Shown here in pieces: positions 23,491 through 38,100 of a stretch of 64,000 nucleotides of DNA (the first letter of the stretch is position 1; every line of letters begins with the position of its first letter). Both the position numbers and the translations under genes were made by a program. The notes beneath the pieces were generated by a model, which saw nothing but the letters and a program-made list of their open reading frames with translations, ran no database searches and had not been told where the DNA came from. Location of the stretch: positions 279,434,001-279,498,000 of the forward strand of contig OZ024741.1 of NCBI GenBank assembly GCA_964016885.1, read 5' to 3'. Origin of the DNA: Eledone cirrhosa (Eukaryota).

Positions 23491-23944
23491 CTGAAACAAT
23501 AAAAGGAGATTGATTTTAAACATTTGTACATTATAATGCCATGAGAGAGAGGAAGGAGGTCACCTACAGGTAACCTCATGTGTACTTACAAAACTATAGA
23601 CAGCCTAGGGATGCATGTGTGAGAGAAGTAGAGAGAGGGCAGGAGAGAGAAAGGGTGAGATAGGGAGGAAGAAAGAGAGAAAGGGTGAGGAGGGAGGAAG
23701 AAAGAGAAAGGGTGAGGAGGGAGGAAGATAGAAAGAGAAATAGTCAGAGACGGTGGTAGAAAGAAGGGATGAAAGAAGGAGTAGCCTTACAGGTAATTTC
23801 AGGTGTCAAGGTACTTACCAAACTATAGACAGCACAAAGAGAGAGAGAAAGAGAGAATAAGGGAGAGGGAGCGAGTAAGAGAGGGGAGAGAGAGAGAGTG
23901 GGAGCAGCCTTCCAGGTAATCACAGGTGTGTCAAGGTAACTTAC

Positions 23945-24034
23945 CAAACAATAGCCAATCGTGGGATAGTGAACATTAATGCAGGGTCATAGTCATCAAT
24001 CATCTCCTGAGTAAGAAGACCCAACTTTAGGGAT
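23945..24034 (-). CDS. ZFYVE28: LST2 exon
   Basis: (R)[29 protein letters not shown](C); ttgcag/gtaagt junctions. Confidence 0.95.
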
Positions 24035-24129
24035 CTGCAAAATAAGACAGAATAACTCATAAATTAATTCTTTCTACAATTATAACTTTTAGATTAATTC
24101 TTTTTACAAAGAGGGGTGGAGTGATTATA

Positions 24130-24630
24130 TTGGCTTCTGATTCAGGCACAAGGCCAGTAATTGGGAAAGTCTATTAAACAGACCCCAATGAGTTACTGGT
24201 ACTTTATTTTATTGACCCCTTAAGGATGAAAGGCATATCTAACCTTAGCAGGAACTCAGAATGTAAATGCATGTAAATATATGCCGCAAAGCATGGTGTC
24301 CGACGCTCTACCGATACTGTCAATCTGATTGATTATATTGACCCCAGAAGGATGAAAGGCAAAGTTGACCTCAGCAGGATTTGAACTCAGAACAAAGAAA
24401 AGCATTTTGTCTGACACTCTACCAACACTGGTTTTTAATTTAGGCACAAGGCCAGCAAATATGGTTAATGGGTAACGTAGATCAAATATACCCCACCAGT
24501 TAACTGGTACTTTATTTCATCAACCCTGGAAGGATAAATGATTAAGTTAACCTCAGAATATTAAAAGTCATAACTAAATAGTGCAAAGCATTTTGTCCGA
24601 CATTCTACCGATTCTGCCAATCTACCTCCC
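24130..24630 (-). mobile_element. Cluster of 2-3 diverged SINE-A copies
   Basis: Repeated ggcacaaggccag, ggatgaaaggcaaag and gatttgaactcagaa blocks. Confidence 0.7.
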
Positions 24631-24772
24631 TGAGTATGATTCATAAATGAATAAGAATTGATTTTTGTTTCTATAAAAATCAATGCTTACAATACACATG
24701 CTATGAGTGACAGGTCTTCTGAAGTTGAAATCCATTCTTTTTAAATTCACCTATTTTAACTGTTGTCTGAGA

Positions 24773-25481
24773 ATCATCACCACCACCACCCTCACCACCA
24801 ATAGTACCACTGCCACCATCATCACCACCAATAGTACCACTGCCACCATCAGCACCAACATTACCATCATCACCACCACCACCCTCACCACCAATAGTAC
24901 CACTGCCACCATCATCACCACCACCACCCTCACCACCAATAGTACCACTGCCACCATCATCACCACCACCACCCTCACCACCAATAGTACCACTGCCACC
25001 ATCATCACCACCACCACCCTCACCACCAATAGTACCACTGCCACCATCAGCACCAACATTACCATCATCACCACCACCACCCTCACCACCAATAGTACCA
25101 CTGCCACCATCAGCACCAACATTACCATCATCTCCACCACCACCCTCACCACCAATAGTACCACTGCCACCATCAGCACCAACATTACCATCATCACCAC
25201 CACCACCCTCACCACCAATAGTACCACTGCCACCATCAGCACCAACATTACCATCATCACCACCACCACCATCACCACCAATAGTACCACTGCCACCATC
25301 AGCACCAACATTACCATCATCACCACCACCACCCTCACCACCAATAGTACCACTGCCACCATCAGCACCAACATTACTATCATCACCACCACCACCCTCA
25401 CCACCAATAGTACCACTGCCACCATCAGCACCAACATTACTATCATCACCACCACCACCCTCACTAATATCATCATCATCA
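24773..25481. repeat. (ACC/ATC)-rich compound minisatellite with 63-bp and 45-bp units
   Basis: Unit accaccaccaccctcaccaccaatagtaccactgccaccatc[agcaccaacattaccatc]atc. Confidence 0.93.
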
Positions 25482-25892
25482 CTGTTTTATGTATTTCCCA
25501 TGCTTGGATGCATTAGACAGAATGTCACATTCTGAGGCTAGACTACTTAGGTGACATCTTGCTAGGAAATCTAGACATTAAACTGTGAGAGAGAGAGGGA
25601 GAGAGAGGGGAGTTAAAAATTAGTCCCCACAAAAATAGAGACAGGTACATTTATGTGAATTAGTGTATGCAGACATATGGCTGAACATAAAAAGTATATT
25701 TAATAAAAACCGAAGAGAAAATGTTTGGAAATATATGAGGCCCAATGGTTGAGATATGAAGTGAGTCAATTACTGAGTACATAGTCATCTTGCACAGCAC
25801 ATGTTGTTCATTTGGCCTTCTGAATGGCACACCTAGCACAAACTTGCCTTGAGTTTTTTTTGTAGAGCTGCCTGCCTTATGATGAGTCATAT

Positions 25893-26110
25893 GTCATGTA
25901 GCCTACTGCTCATCTCTAGTTTACACTATACTACTACAGTCATATCTCATGCAACCCACTGCTCATAAAAGGTAGCCCATGTCTGGTTTACACTATACTA
26001 CTACAGCAATATCTCATGTAGCCTACTGCTTGTAAAAGGTAGCCCATGTCTGTTTTAAACTATACTACTATACCCATATCTCAAGTAGCTCAGTGCTCAC
26101 AAAAGGTAGC
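25893..26110. repeat. Degenerate 67-bp tandem units ancestral to the 46-bp array
   Basis: cccatgtctg recurs at 25976, 26043 and 26110 (period 67). Confidence 0.85.
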
Positions 26111-29100
26111 CCATGTCTGGTTTACACCATACTACTACAGCCATGTCTCATGTAGCCCAGGTTTGGTTTACACCATACTACTACAGCCATGTCTCATGCA
26201 GCCCATGTCTGGTTTACACCATACTACTACAGCCATGTCTCATGCAGTCCATGTCTGGTTTACACCATACTACTACAGCCATGTCTCATGTAGCCCATGT
26301 CTGGTTTACACCATACTACAACAGCCATGTCTCATGTAGCCCAGGTTTGGTTTACACCATACTACTACAGCCATGTCTCATGTAGTCCATGTCTGGTTTA
26401 CACCATACTACTACAGCCATGTCTCATGCAGCCCATGTCTGGTTTACACCATACTACTACAGCCATGTCTCATGTAGCCCATGTCTGGTTTACACCATAC
26501 TACTACAGCCATGTCTCATGTAGTCCATGTCTGGTTTACACCATACTACTACAGCCATGTCTCATGTAGCCCATGTCTGGTTTACACCATACTACTACAG
26601 CCATGTCTCATGTAGCCCATGTCTGGTTTACACCATACTACTACAGCCATGTCTCATGCAGCCCATGTCTGGTTTACACCATACTACTACAGCCATGTCT
26701 CATGTAGCCCATGTCTGGTTTACACCATACTACTACAGCCATGTCTCATGTAGTCCATGTCTGGTTTACACCATACTACTACAGCCATGTCTCATGCAGC
26801 CCATGTCTGGTTTACACCATACTACTACAGCCATGTCTCATGTAGCCCATGTCTGGTTTACACCATACTACTACAGCCATGTCTCATGTAGTCCATGTCT
26901 GGTTTACACCATACTACTACAGCCATGTCTCATGTAGCCCATGTCTGGTTTACACCATACTACTACAGCCATGTCTCATGTAGCCCATGTCTGGTTTACA
27001 CCATACTACTACAGCCATGTCTCATGTAGCCCATGTCTGGTTTACACCATACTACTACAGCCATGTCTCATGTAGCCCATGTCTGGTTTACACCATACTA
27101 CTACAGCCATGTCTCATGTAGCCCATGTCTGGTTTACACCATACTACTACAGCCATGTCTCATGTAGCCCATGTCTGGTTTACACCATACTACTACAGCC
27201 ATGTCTCATGTAGCCCATGTCTGGTTTACACCATACTACTACAGCCATGTCTCATGTAGCCCATGTCTGGTTTACACCATACTACTACAGCCATGTCTCA
27301 TGTAGTCCATGTCTGGTTTACACCATACTACTACAGCCATGTCTCATGCAGTCCATGTCTGGTTTACACCATACTACTACAGCCATGTCTCATGTAGCCC
27401 ATGTCTGGTTTACACCATACTACTACAGCCATGTCTCATGTAGCCCAGGTCTGGTTTACACCATACTACTACAGCCATGTCTCATGCAGCCCATGTCTGG
27501 TTTACACCATACTACTACAGGCATGTCTCATGTAGCCCATGTCTGGTTTACACCATACTACTACAGCCATGTCTCATGTAGCCCAGGTCTGGTTTACACC
27601 ATACTACTACAGCCATGTCTCATGTAGCCCAGGTCTGGTTTACACCATACTACTACAGCCATGTCTCATGTAGCCCATGTCTGGTTTACACCATACTACT
27701 ACAGCCATGTCTCATGTAGCCCATGTCTGGTTTACACCATACTACTACAGCCATGTCTCATGTAGCCCATGTCTGGTTTACACCATACTACTACAGGCAT
27801 GTCTCATGCAGCCCATGTCTGGTTTACACCATACTACTACAGCCATGTCTCATGCAGTCCATGTCTGGTTTACACCATACTACTACAGCCATGTCTCATG
27901 CAGTCCATGTCTGGTTTACACCATACTACTACAGCCATGTCTCATGCAGTCCATGTCTGGTTTACACCATACTACTACAGCCATGTCTCATGCAGCCCAT
28001 GTCTGGTTTACACCATACTACTACAGCCATGTCTCATGTAGCCCATGTCTGGTTTACACCATACTACTACAGCCATGTCTCATGCAGCCCATGTCTGGTT
28101 TACACCATACTACTACAGCCATGTCTCATGTAGCCCATGTCTGGTTTACACCATACTACTACAGCCATGTCTCATGTAGTCCATGTCTGGTTTACACCAT
28201 ACTACTACAGCCATGTCTCATGTAGCCCATGTCTGGTTTACACGATACTACTACAGCCATGTCTCATGCAGCCCATGTCTGGTTTACACCATACTACTAC
28301 AGCCATGTCTCATGTAGCCCATGTCTGGTTTACACCATACTACTACAGCCATGTCTCATGTAGTCCATGTCTGGTTTACACCATACTACTACAGCCATGT
28401 CTCATGTAGCCCATGTCTGGTTTACACCATACTACTACAGCCATGTCTCATGCAGCCCATGTCTGGTTTACACCATACTACTACAGCCATGTCTCATGTA
28501 GCCCATGTCTGGTTTACACCATACTACTACAGCCATGTCTCATGTAGTCCATGTCTGGTTTACACCATACTACTACAGCCATGTCTCATGTAGCCCATGT
28601 CTGGTTTACACCATACTACTACAGCCATGTCTCATGCAGCCCATGTCTGGTTTACACCATACTACTACAGCCATGTCTCATGTAGCCCATGTCTGGTTTA
28701 CACCATACTACTACAGCCATGTCTCATGCAGTCCATGTCTGGTTTACACCATACTACTACAGCCATGTCTCATGTAGCCCATGTCTGGTTTACACCATAC
28801 TACTACAGCCATGTCTCATGTAGCCCATGTCTGGTTTACACCATACTACTACAGCCATGTCTCATGTAGTCCATGTCTGGTTTACACCATACTACTACAG
28901 CCATGTCTCATGCAGTCCATGTCTGGTTTACACCATACTACTACAGCCATGTCTCATGTAGTCCATGTCTGGTTTACACCATACTACTACAGCCATGTCT
29001 CATGTAGTCCATGTCTGGTTTACACCATACTACTACAGCCATGTCTCGTGTAGCCCAGGTCTGGTTTACACCATACTACTACAGCCATGTCTCATGTAGC

Positions 29101-32100
29101 CCATGTCTGGTTTACACCATACTACTACAGCCATGTCTCATGTAGCCCATGTCTGGTTTACACCATACTACTACAGCCATGTCTCATGTAGCCCATGTCT
29201 GGTTTACACCATACTACTACAGCCATGTCTCATGTAGTCCATGTCTGGTTTACACCATACTACTACAGCCATGTCTCATGCAGTCCATGTCTGGTTTACA
29301 CCATACTACTACAGCCATGTCTCATGTAGTCCATGTCTGGTTTACACCATACTACTACAGCCATGTCTCATGTAGTCCATGTCTGGTTTACACCATACTA
29401 CTACAGCCATGTCTCGTGTAGCCCATGTCTGGTTTACACCATACTACTACAGCCATGTCTCATGTAGCCCAGGTCTGGTTTACACCATACTACTACAGCC
29501 ATGTCTCATGTAGCCCAGGTCTGGTTTACACCATACTACTACAGCCATGTCTCGTGTAGCCCAGGTCTGGTTTACACCATACTACTACAGCCATGTCTCA
29601 TGTAGCCCATGTCTGGTTTACACCATACTACTACAGCCATGTCTCGTGTAGCCCAGGTCTGGTTTACACCATACTACTACAGCCATGTCTCATGTAGCCC
29701 AGGTCTGGTTTACACCATACTACTACAGCCATGTCTCGTGTAGCCCAGGTCTGGTTTACACCATACTACTACAGCCATGTCTCATGTAGCCCAGGTCTGG
29801 TTTACACCATACTACTACAGCCATGTCTCGTGTAGCCCAGGTCTGGTTTACACCATACTACTACAGCCATGTCTCATGTAGCCCATGTCTGGTTTACACC
29901 ATACTACTACAGCCATGTCTCGTGTAGCCCATGTCTGGTTTACACCATACTACTACAGCCATGTCTCGTGTAGCCCAGGTCTGGTTTACACCATACTACT
30001 ACAGCCATGTCTCATGTAGCCCATGTCTGGTTTACACCATACTACTACAGCCATGTCTCGTGTAGCCCAGGTCTGGTTTACACCATACTACTACAGCCAT
30101 GTCTCATGTAGTCCATGTCTGGTTTACACCATACTACTACAGCCATGTCTCGTGTAGTCCATGTCTGGTTTACACCATACTACTACAGCCATGTCTCATG
30201 TAGCCCAGGTCTGGTTTACACCATACTACTACAGCCATGTCTCATGTAGCCCAGGTCTGGTTTACACCATACTACTACAGCCATGTCTCGTGTAGCCCAG
30301 GTCTGGTTTACACCATACTACTACAGCCATGTCTCATGTAGCCCATGTCTGGTTTACACCATACTACTACAGCCCATGTCTCATGCAGCCCAGGTCTGGT
30401 TTACACCATACTACTACAGCCATGTCTCATGCAGTCCATGTCTGGTTTACACCATACTACTACAGCCATGTCTCATGTAGCCCATGTCTGGTTTACACCA
30501 TACTACTACAGCCCATGTCTCATGCAGCCCAGGTCTGGTTTACACCATACTACTACAGCCATGTCTCATGCAGTCCATGTCTGGTTTACACCATACTACT
30601 ACAGCCATGTCTCATGTAGTCCATGTCTGGTTTACACCATACTACTACAGCCATGTCTCATGTAGCCCATGTCTGGTTTACACCATACTACTACAGCCAT
30701 GTCTCATGCAGTCCATGTCTGGTTTACACCATACTACTACAGCCATGTCTCATGCAGCCCTTGTCTGGTTTACACCATACTACTACAGCCATGTCTCATG
30801 CAGCCCATGTCTGGTTTACACCATACTACTACAGCCATGTCTCATGTAGCCCATGTCTGGTTTACACCATACTACTACAGCCATGTCTCATGTAGCCCAT
30901 GTCTGGTTTACACCATACTACTACAGGCATGTCTCATGCAGCCCAGGTCTGGTTTACACCATACTACTACAGCCATGTCTCATGTAGCCCATGTCTGGTT
31001 TACACCATACTACTACAGCCATGTCTCATGCAGCCTAGGTCTGGTTTACACCATACTACTACAGCCATGTCTCATGCAGTCCATGTCTGGTTTACACCAT
31101 ACTACTACAGCCATGTCTCATGTAGCCCATGTCTGGTTTACACCATACTACTACAGCCATGTCTCATGCAGCCTAGGTCTGGTTTACACCATACTACTAC
31201 AGCCATGTCTCATGCAGCCCAGGTCTGGTTTACACCATACTACTACAGCCATGTCTCATGTAGCCCATGTCTGGTTTACACCATACTACTACAGCCATGT
31301 CTCATGCAGCCTAGGTCTGGTTTACACCATACTACTACAGCCATGTCTCATGCAGTCCATGTCTGGTTTACACCATACTACTACAGCCATGTCTCATGTA
31401 GCCCATGTCTGGTTTACACCATACTACTACAGCCATGTCTCATGCAGCCTAGGTCTGGTTTACACCATACTACTACAGCCATGTCTCATGCAGCCCAGGT
31501 CTGGTTTACACCATACTACTACAGCCATGTCTCATGTAGCCTAGGTCTGGTTTACACCATACTACTACAGCCATGTCTCATGCAGCCTATGTCTGGTTTA
31601 CACCATACTACTACAGCCATGTCTCATGTAGCCCATGTCTGGTTTACACCATACTACTACAGCCATGTCTCATGTAGCCCATGTCTGGTTTACACCATAC
31701 TACTACAGCCATGTCTCATGCAGCCCAGGTTTGGTTTACACCATACTACTACAGCCATGTCTCATGTAGCCCATGTCTGGTTTACACCATACTACTACAG
31801 CCATGTCTCATGCAGCCTAGGTCTGGTTTACACCATACTACTACAGCCATGTCTCATGCAGCCCATGTCTGGTTTACACCATACTACTACAGCCATGTCT
31901 CATGCAGCCCATGTCTGGTTTACACCATACTACTACAGCCATGTCTCATGTAGCCCATGTCTGGTTAACACCATACTACTACAGCCATGTCTCATGCAGC
32001 CCAGGTCTGGTTTACACCATACTACTACTACAGCCATGTCTCATGTAGCCCATGTCTGGTTTACACCATACTACTACAGCCATGTCTCATGTAGCCCAGG

Positions 32101-35100
32101 TCTGGTTTACACCATACTACTACAGCCATGTCTCATGCAGTCCATGTCTGGTTTACACCATACTACTACAGCCATGTCTCATGTAGCCCATGTCTGGTTT
32201 ACACCATACTACTACAGCCATGTCTCATGTAGCCCATGTCTGGTTTACACCATACTACTACAGCCATGTCTCATGTAGCCCATGTCTGGTTTACACCATA
32301 CTACTACAGCCATGTCTCATGTAGCCCATGTCTGGTTTACACCATACTACTACAGCCATGTCTCATGCAGCCCAGGTTTGGTTTACACCATACTACTACA
32401 GCCATGTCTCATGTAGCCCATGTCTGGTTTACACCATACTACTACAGCCATGTCTCATGCAGCCCAGGTCTGGTTTACACCATACTACTACAGCCATGTC
32501 TCATGCAGCCCAGGTCTGGTTTACACCATACTACTACAGCCATGTCTCATGCAGCCCAGGTCTGGTTTACACCATACTACTACAGCCATGTCTCATGCAG
32601 TCCATGTCTGGTTTACACCATACTACTACAGTCATGTCTCATGTAGCCCATGTCTGGTTTACACCATACTACTACAGCCATGTCTCATGCAGCCCAGGTC
32701 TGGTTTACACCATACTACTACAGCCATGTCTCATGTAGCCCATGTCTGGTTTACACCATACTACTACAGCCATGTCTCATGTAGCCCATGTCTGGTTTAC
32801 ACCATACTACTACAGCCATGTCTCATGCAGCCCAGGTCTGGTTTACACCATACTACTACAGCCATGTCTCATGCAGCCCAGGTCTGGTTTACACCATACT
32901 ACTACAGCCATGTCTCATGCAGCCCAGGTCTGGTTTACACCATACTACTACAGCCATGTCTCATGCAGCCCAGGTCTGGTTTACACCATACTACTACAGC
33001 CATGTCTCATGTAGCCCATGTCTGGTTTACACCATACTACTACAGCCATGTCTCATGTAGCCCATGTCTGGTTTACACCATACTACTACAGCCATGTCTC
33101 ATGTAGTCCATGTCTGGTTTACACCATACTACTACAGCCATGTCTCATGTAGCCCATGTCTGGTTTACACCATACTACTACAGCCATGTCTCATGTAGCC
33201 CATGTCTGGTTTACACCATACTACTACAGCCATGTCTCATGTAGCCCATGTCTGGTTTACACCATACTACTACAGCCATGTCTCATGTAGTCCATGTCTG
33301 GTTTACACCATACTACTACAGCCATGTCTCATGCAGCCCAGGTTTGGTTTACACCATACTACTACTGCCATGTCTCATGCAGCCCAGGTTTGGTTTACAC
33401 CATACTACTACAGCCATGTCTCATGCAGCCCAGGTCTGGTTTACACCATACTACTACAGCCATGTCTCATGTAGCCCATGTTTGGTTTACACCATACTAC
33501 TACAGCCATGTCTCATGTAGCCCATGTTTGGTTTACACCATACTACTACAGCCATGTCTCATGCAGCCTATGTCTGGTTTACACCATACTACTACAGCCA
33601 TGTCTCATGTAGCCCATGTCTGGTTTACACCATACTACTACAGCCATGTCTCATGCAGTCCAGGTTTGGTTTACACCATACTACTACAGCCATGTCTCAT
33701 GCAGCCCATGTCTGGTTTACACCATACTACTACAGCCATGTCTCATGCAGCCCAGGTCTGGTTTACACCATACTACTACAGCCATGTCTCATGTAGCCCA
33801 GGTCTGGTTTACACCATACTACTACAGCCATGTCTCATGCAGCCCAGGTCTGGTTTACACCATACTACTACAGCCATGTCTCATGTAGCCCATGTCTGGT
33901 TTACACCATACTACTACAGCCATGTCTCATGCAGCCCAGGTTTGGTTTACACCATACTACTACAGCCATGTCTCATGTAGCCCATGTTTGGTTTACACCA
34001 TACTACTACAGCCATGTCTCATGTAGCCCATGTTTGGTTTACACCATACTACTACAGCCATGTCTCATGTAGCCCATGTTTGGTTTACACCATACTACTA
34101 CAGCCATGTCTCATGTAGCCCATGTTTGGTTTACACCATACTACTACAGCCATGTCTCATGCAGCCCAGGTCTGGTTTACACCATACTACTACAGCCATG
34201 TCTCATGTAGCCCAGGTCTGGTTTACACCATACTACTACAGCCATGTCTCATGCAGCCCAGGTCTGGTTTACACCATACTACTACAGCCATGTCTCATGT
34301 AGCCCATGTCTGGTTTACACCATACTACTACAGCCATGTCTCATGCAGCCCAGGTTTGGTTTACACCATACTACTACAGCCATGTCTCATGCAGCCCAGG
34401 TCTGGTTTACACCATACTACTACAGCCATGTCTCATGTAGCCCATGTCTGGTTTACACCATACTACTACAGCCATGTCTCATGTAGCCCAGGTCTGGTTT
34501 ACACCATACTACTACAGCCATGTCTCATGCAGCCTAGGTCTGGTTTACACCATACTACTACAGCCATGTCTCATGTAGCCCAGGTCTGGTTTACACCATA
34601 CTACTACAGCCATGTCTCATGTAGCCCATGTTTGGTTTACACCATACTACTACAGCCATGTCTCATGCAGCCCATGTCTGGTTTACACCATACTACTACA
34701 GCCATGTCTCATGTAGCCCATGTTTGGTTTACACCATACTACTACAGCCATGTCTCATGTAGCCCATGTTTGGTTTACACCATACTACTACAGCCATGTC
34801 TCATGTAGCCCAGGTTTGGTTTACACCATACTACTACAGCCATGTCTCATGTAGCCCAGGTCTGGTTTACACCATACTACTACAGCCATGTCTCATGCAG
34901 CCTAGGTCTGGTTTACACCATACTACTACAGCCATGTCTCATGTAGCCCAGGTCTGGTTTACACCATACTACTACAGCCATGTCTCATGTAGCCCAGGTT
35001 TGGTTTACACCATACTACTACAGCCATGTCTCATGTAGTCCATGTCTGGTTTACACCATACTACTACAGCCATGTCTCATGTAGCCCATGTTTGGTTTAC

Positions 35101-38100
35101 ACCATACTACTACAGCCATGTCTCATGCAGCCCATGTCTGGTTTACACCATACTACTACAGCCATGTCTCATGTAGCCCATGTTTGGTTTACACCATACT
35201 ACTACAGCCATGTCTCATGTAGCCCATGTTTGGTTTACACCATACTACTACAGCCATGTCTCATGTAGCCCAGGTTTGGTTTACACCATACTACTACAGC
35301 CATGTCTCATGTAGCCCAGGTCTGGTTTACACCATACTACTACAGCCATGTCTCATGCAGCCTAGGTCTGGTTTACACCATACTACTACAGCCATGTCTC
35401 ATGTAGCCCAGGTCTGGTTTACACCATACTACTACAGCCATGTCTCATGTAGCCCAGGTTTGGTTTACACCATACTACTACAGCCATGTCTCATGTAGTC
35501 CATGTCTGGTTTACACCATACTACTACAGCCATGTCTCATGTAGCCCATGTTTGGTTTACACCATACTACTACAGCCATGTCTCATGCAGCCCATGTCTG
35601 GTTTACACCATACTACTACAGCCATGTCTCATGTAGCCCATGTTTGGTTTACACCATACTACTACAGCCATGTCTCATGTAGCCCATGTTTGGTTTACAC
35701 CATACTACTACAGCCATGTCTCATGTAGCCCAGGTTTGGTTTACACCATACTACTACAGCCATGTCTCATGTAGCCCAGGTCTGGTTTACACCATACTAC
35801 TACAGCCATGTCTCATGCAGCCTAGGTCTGGTTTACACCATACTACTACAGCCATGTCTCATGTAGCCCAGGTCTGGTTTACACCATACTACTACAGCCA
35901 TGTCTCATGTAGCCCAGGTTTGGTTTACACCATACTACTACAGCCATGTCTCATGTAGCCCAGGTCTGGTTTACACCATACTACTACAGCCATGTCTCAT
36001 GCAGCCTAGGTCTGGTTTACACCATACTACTACAGCCATGTCTCATGTAGCCCAGGTCTGGTTTACACCATACTACTACAGCCATGTCTCATGTAGCCCA
36101 GGTTTGGTTTACACCATACTACTACAGCCATGTCTCATGTAGTCCATGTCTGGTTTACACCATACTACTACAGCCATGTCTCATGTAGCCCATGTCTGGT
36201 TTACACCATACTACTACAGCCATGTCTCATGTAGCCCATGTCTGGTTTACACCATACTACTACAGCCATGTCTCATGTAGCCCATGTTTGGTTTACACCA
36301 TACTACTACAGCCATGTCTCATGCAGCCCATGTCTGGTTTACACCATACTACTACAGCCATGTCTCATGTAGCCCATGTTTGGTTTACACCATACTACTA
36401 CAGCCATGTCTCATGTAGCCCATGTTTGGTTTACACCATACTACTACAGCCATGTCTCATGTAGCCCATGTTTGGTTTACACCATACTACTACAGCCATG
36501 TCTCATGTAGCCCATGTTTGGTTTACACCATACTACTACAGCCATGTCTCATGTAGCCCATGTTTGGTTTACACCATACTACTACAGCCATGTCTCATGC
36601 AGCCCAGGTCTGGTTTACACCATACTACTACAGCCATGTCTCATGTAGCCCAGGTCTGGTTTACACCATACTACTACAGCCATGTCTCATGTAGCCCATG
36701 TTTGGTTTACACCATACTACTACAGTCATGTCTCATGCAGCCCAGGTCTGGTTTACACCATACTACTACAGCCATGTCTCATGTAGCCCATGTTTGGTTT
36801 ACACCATACTACTACAGCCATGTCTCATGCAGCCCAGGTCTGGTTTACACCATACTACTACAGCCATGTCTCATGTAGCCCAGGTCTGGTTTACACCATA
36901 CTACTACAGCCATGTCTCATGTAGCCCATGTTTGGTTTACACCATACTACTACAGCCATGTCTCATGCAGCCCAGGTTTGGTTTACACCATACTACTACA
37001 GTCATGTCTCATGCAGCCCAGGTCTGGTTTACACCATACTACTACAGCCATGTCTCATGTAGCCCAGGTCTGGTTTACACCATACTACTACAGCCATGTC
37101 TCATGTAGCCCACGTCTGGTTTACACCATACTACTACAGCCATGTCTCATGTAGCCCATGTCTGGTTTACACCATACTACTACAGCCATGTCTCATGCAG
37201 CCCAGGTTTGGTTTACACCATACTACTACAGCCATGTCTCATGCAGCCCAGGTTTGGTTTACACCATACTACTACAGCCATGTCTCATGTAGACCAGGTT
37301 TGGTTTACACCATACTACTACAGTCATGTCTCATGCAGCCCAGGTCTGGTTTACACCATACTACTACAGCCATGTCTCATGTAGACCAGGTCTGGTTTAC
37401 ACCATACTACTACAGCCATGTCTCATGCAGCCCAGGTCTGGTTTACACCATACTACTACAGCCATGTCTCATGTAGCCTAGGTCTGGTTTACACCATACT
37501 ACTACAGCCATGTCTCATGTAGCCCATGTCTGGTTTACACCATACTACTACAGCCATGTCTCATGCAGTCCATGTCTGGTTTACACCATACTACTACAGC
37601 CATGTCTCATGTAGCCCATGTCTGGTTTACACCATACTACTACAGCCATGTCTCATGTAGCCCATGTCTGGTTTACACCATACTACTACAGGCATGTCTC
37701 ATGCAGTCCATGTCTGGTTTACACCATACTACTACAGCCATGTCTCATGTAGCCCATGTCTGGTTTACACCATACTACTACAGCCATGTCTCATGTAGTC
37801 CATGTCTGGTTTACACCATACTACTACAGCCATGTCTCATGTAGCCCATGTCTGGTTTACACCATACTACTACAGCCATGTCTCATGTAGCCCATGTCTG
37901 GTTTACACCATACTACTACAGCCATGTCTCATGTAGCCCATGTCTGGTTTACACCATACTACTACAGCCATGTCTCATGTAGCCCATGTCTGGTTTACAC
38001 CATACTACTACAGCCATGTCTCATGTAGCCCATGTCTGGTTTACACCATACTACTACAGCCATGTCTCATGCAGCCCAGGTCTGGTTTACACCATACTAC

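Noticed and set aside
24707-25516. Mucin-like Thr-rich ORF and antisense Val-rich ORF
   Set aside because: This is a triplet-based minisatellite in an intron, with no splice or domain support.
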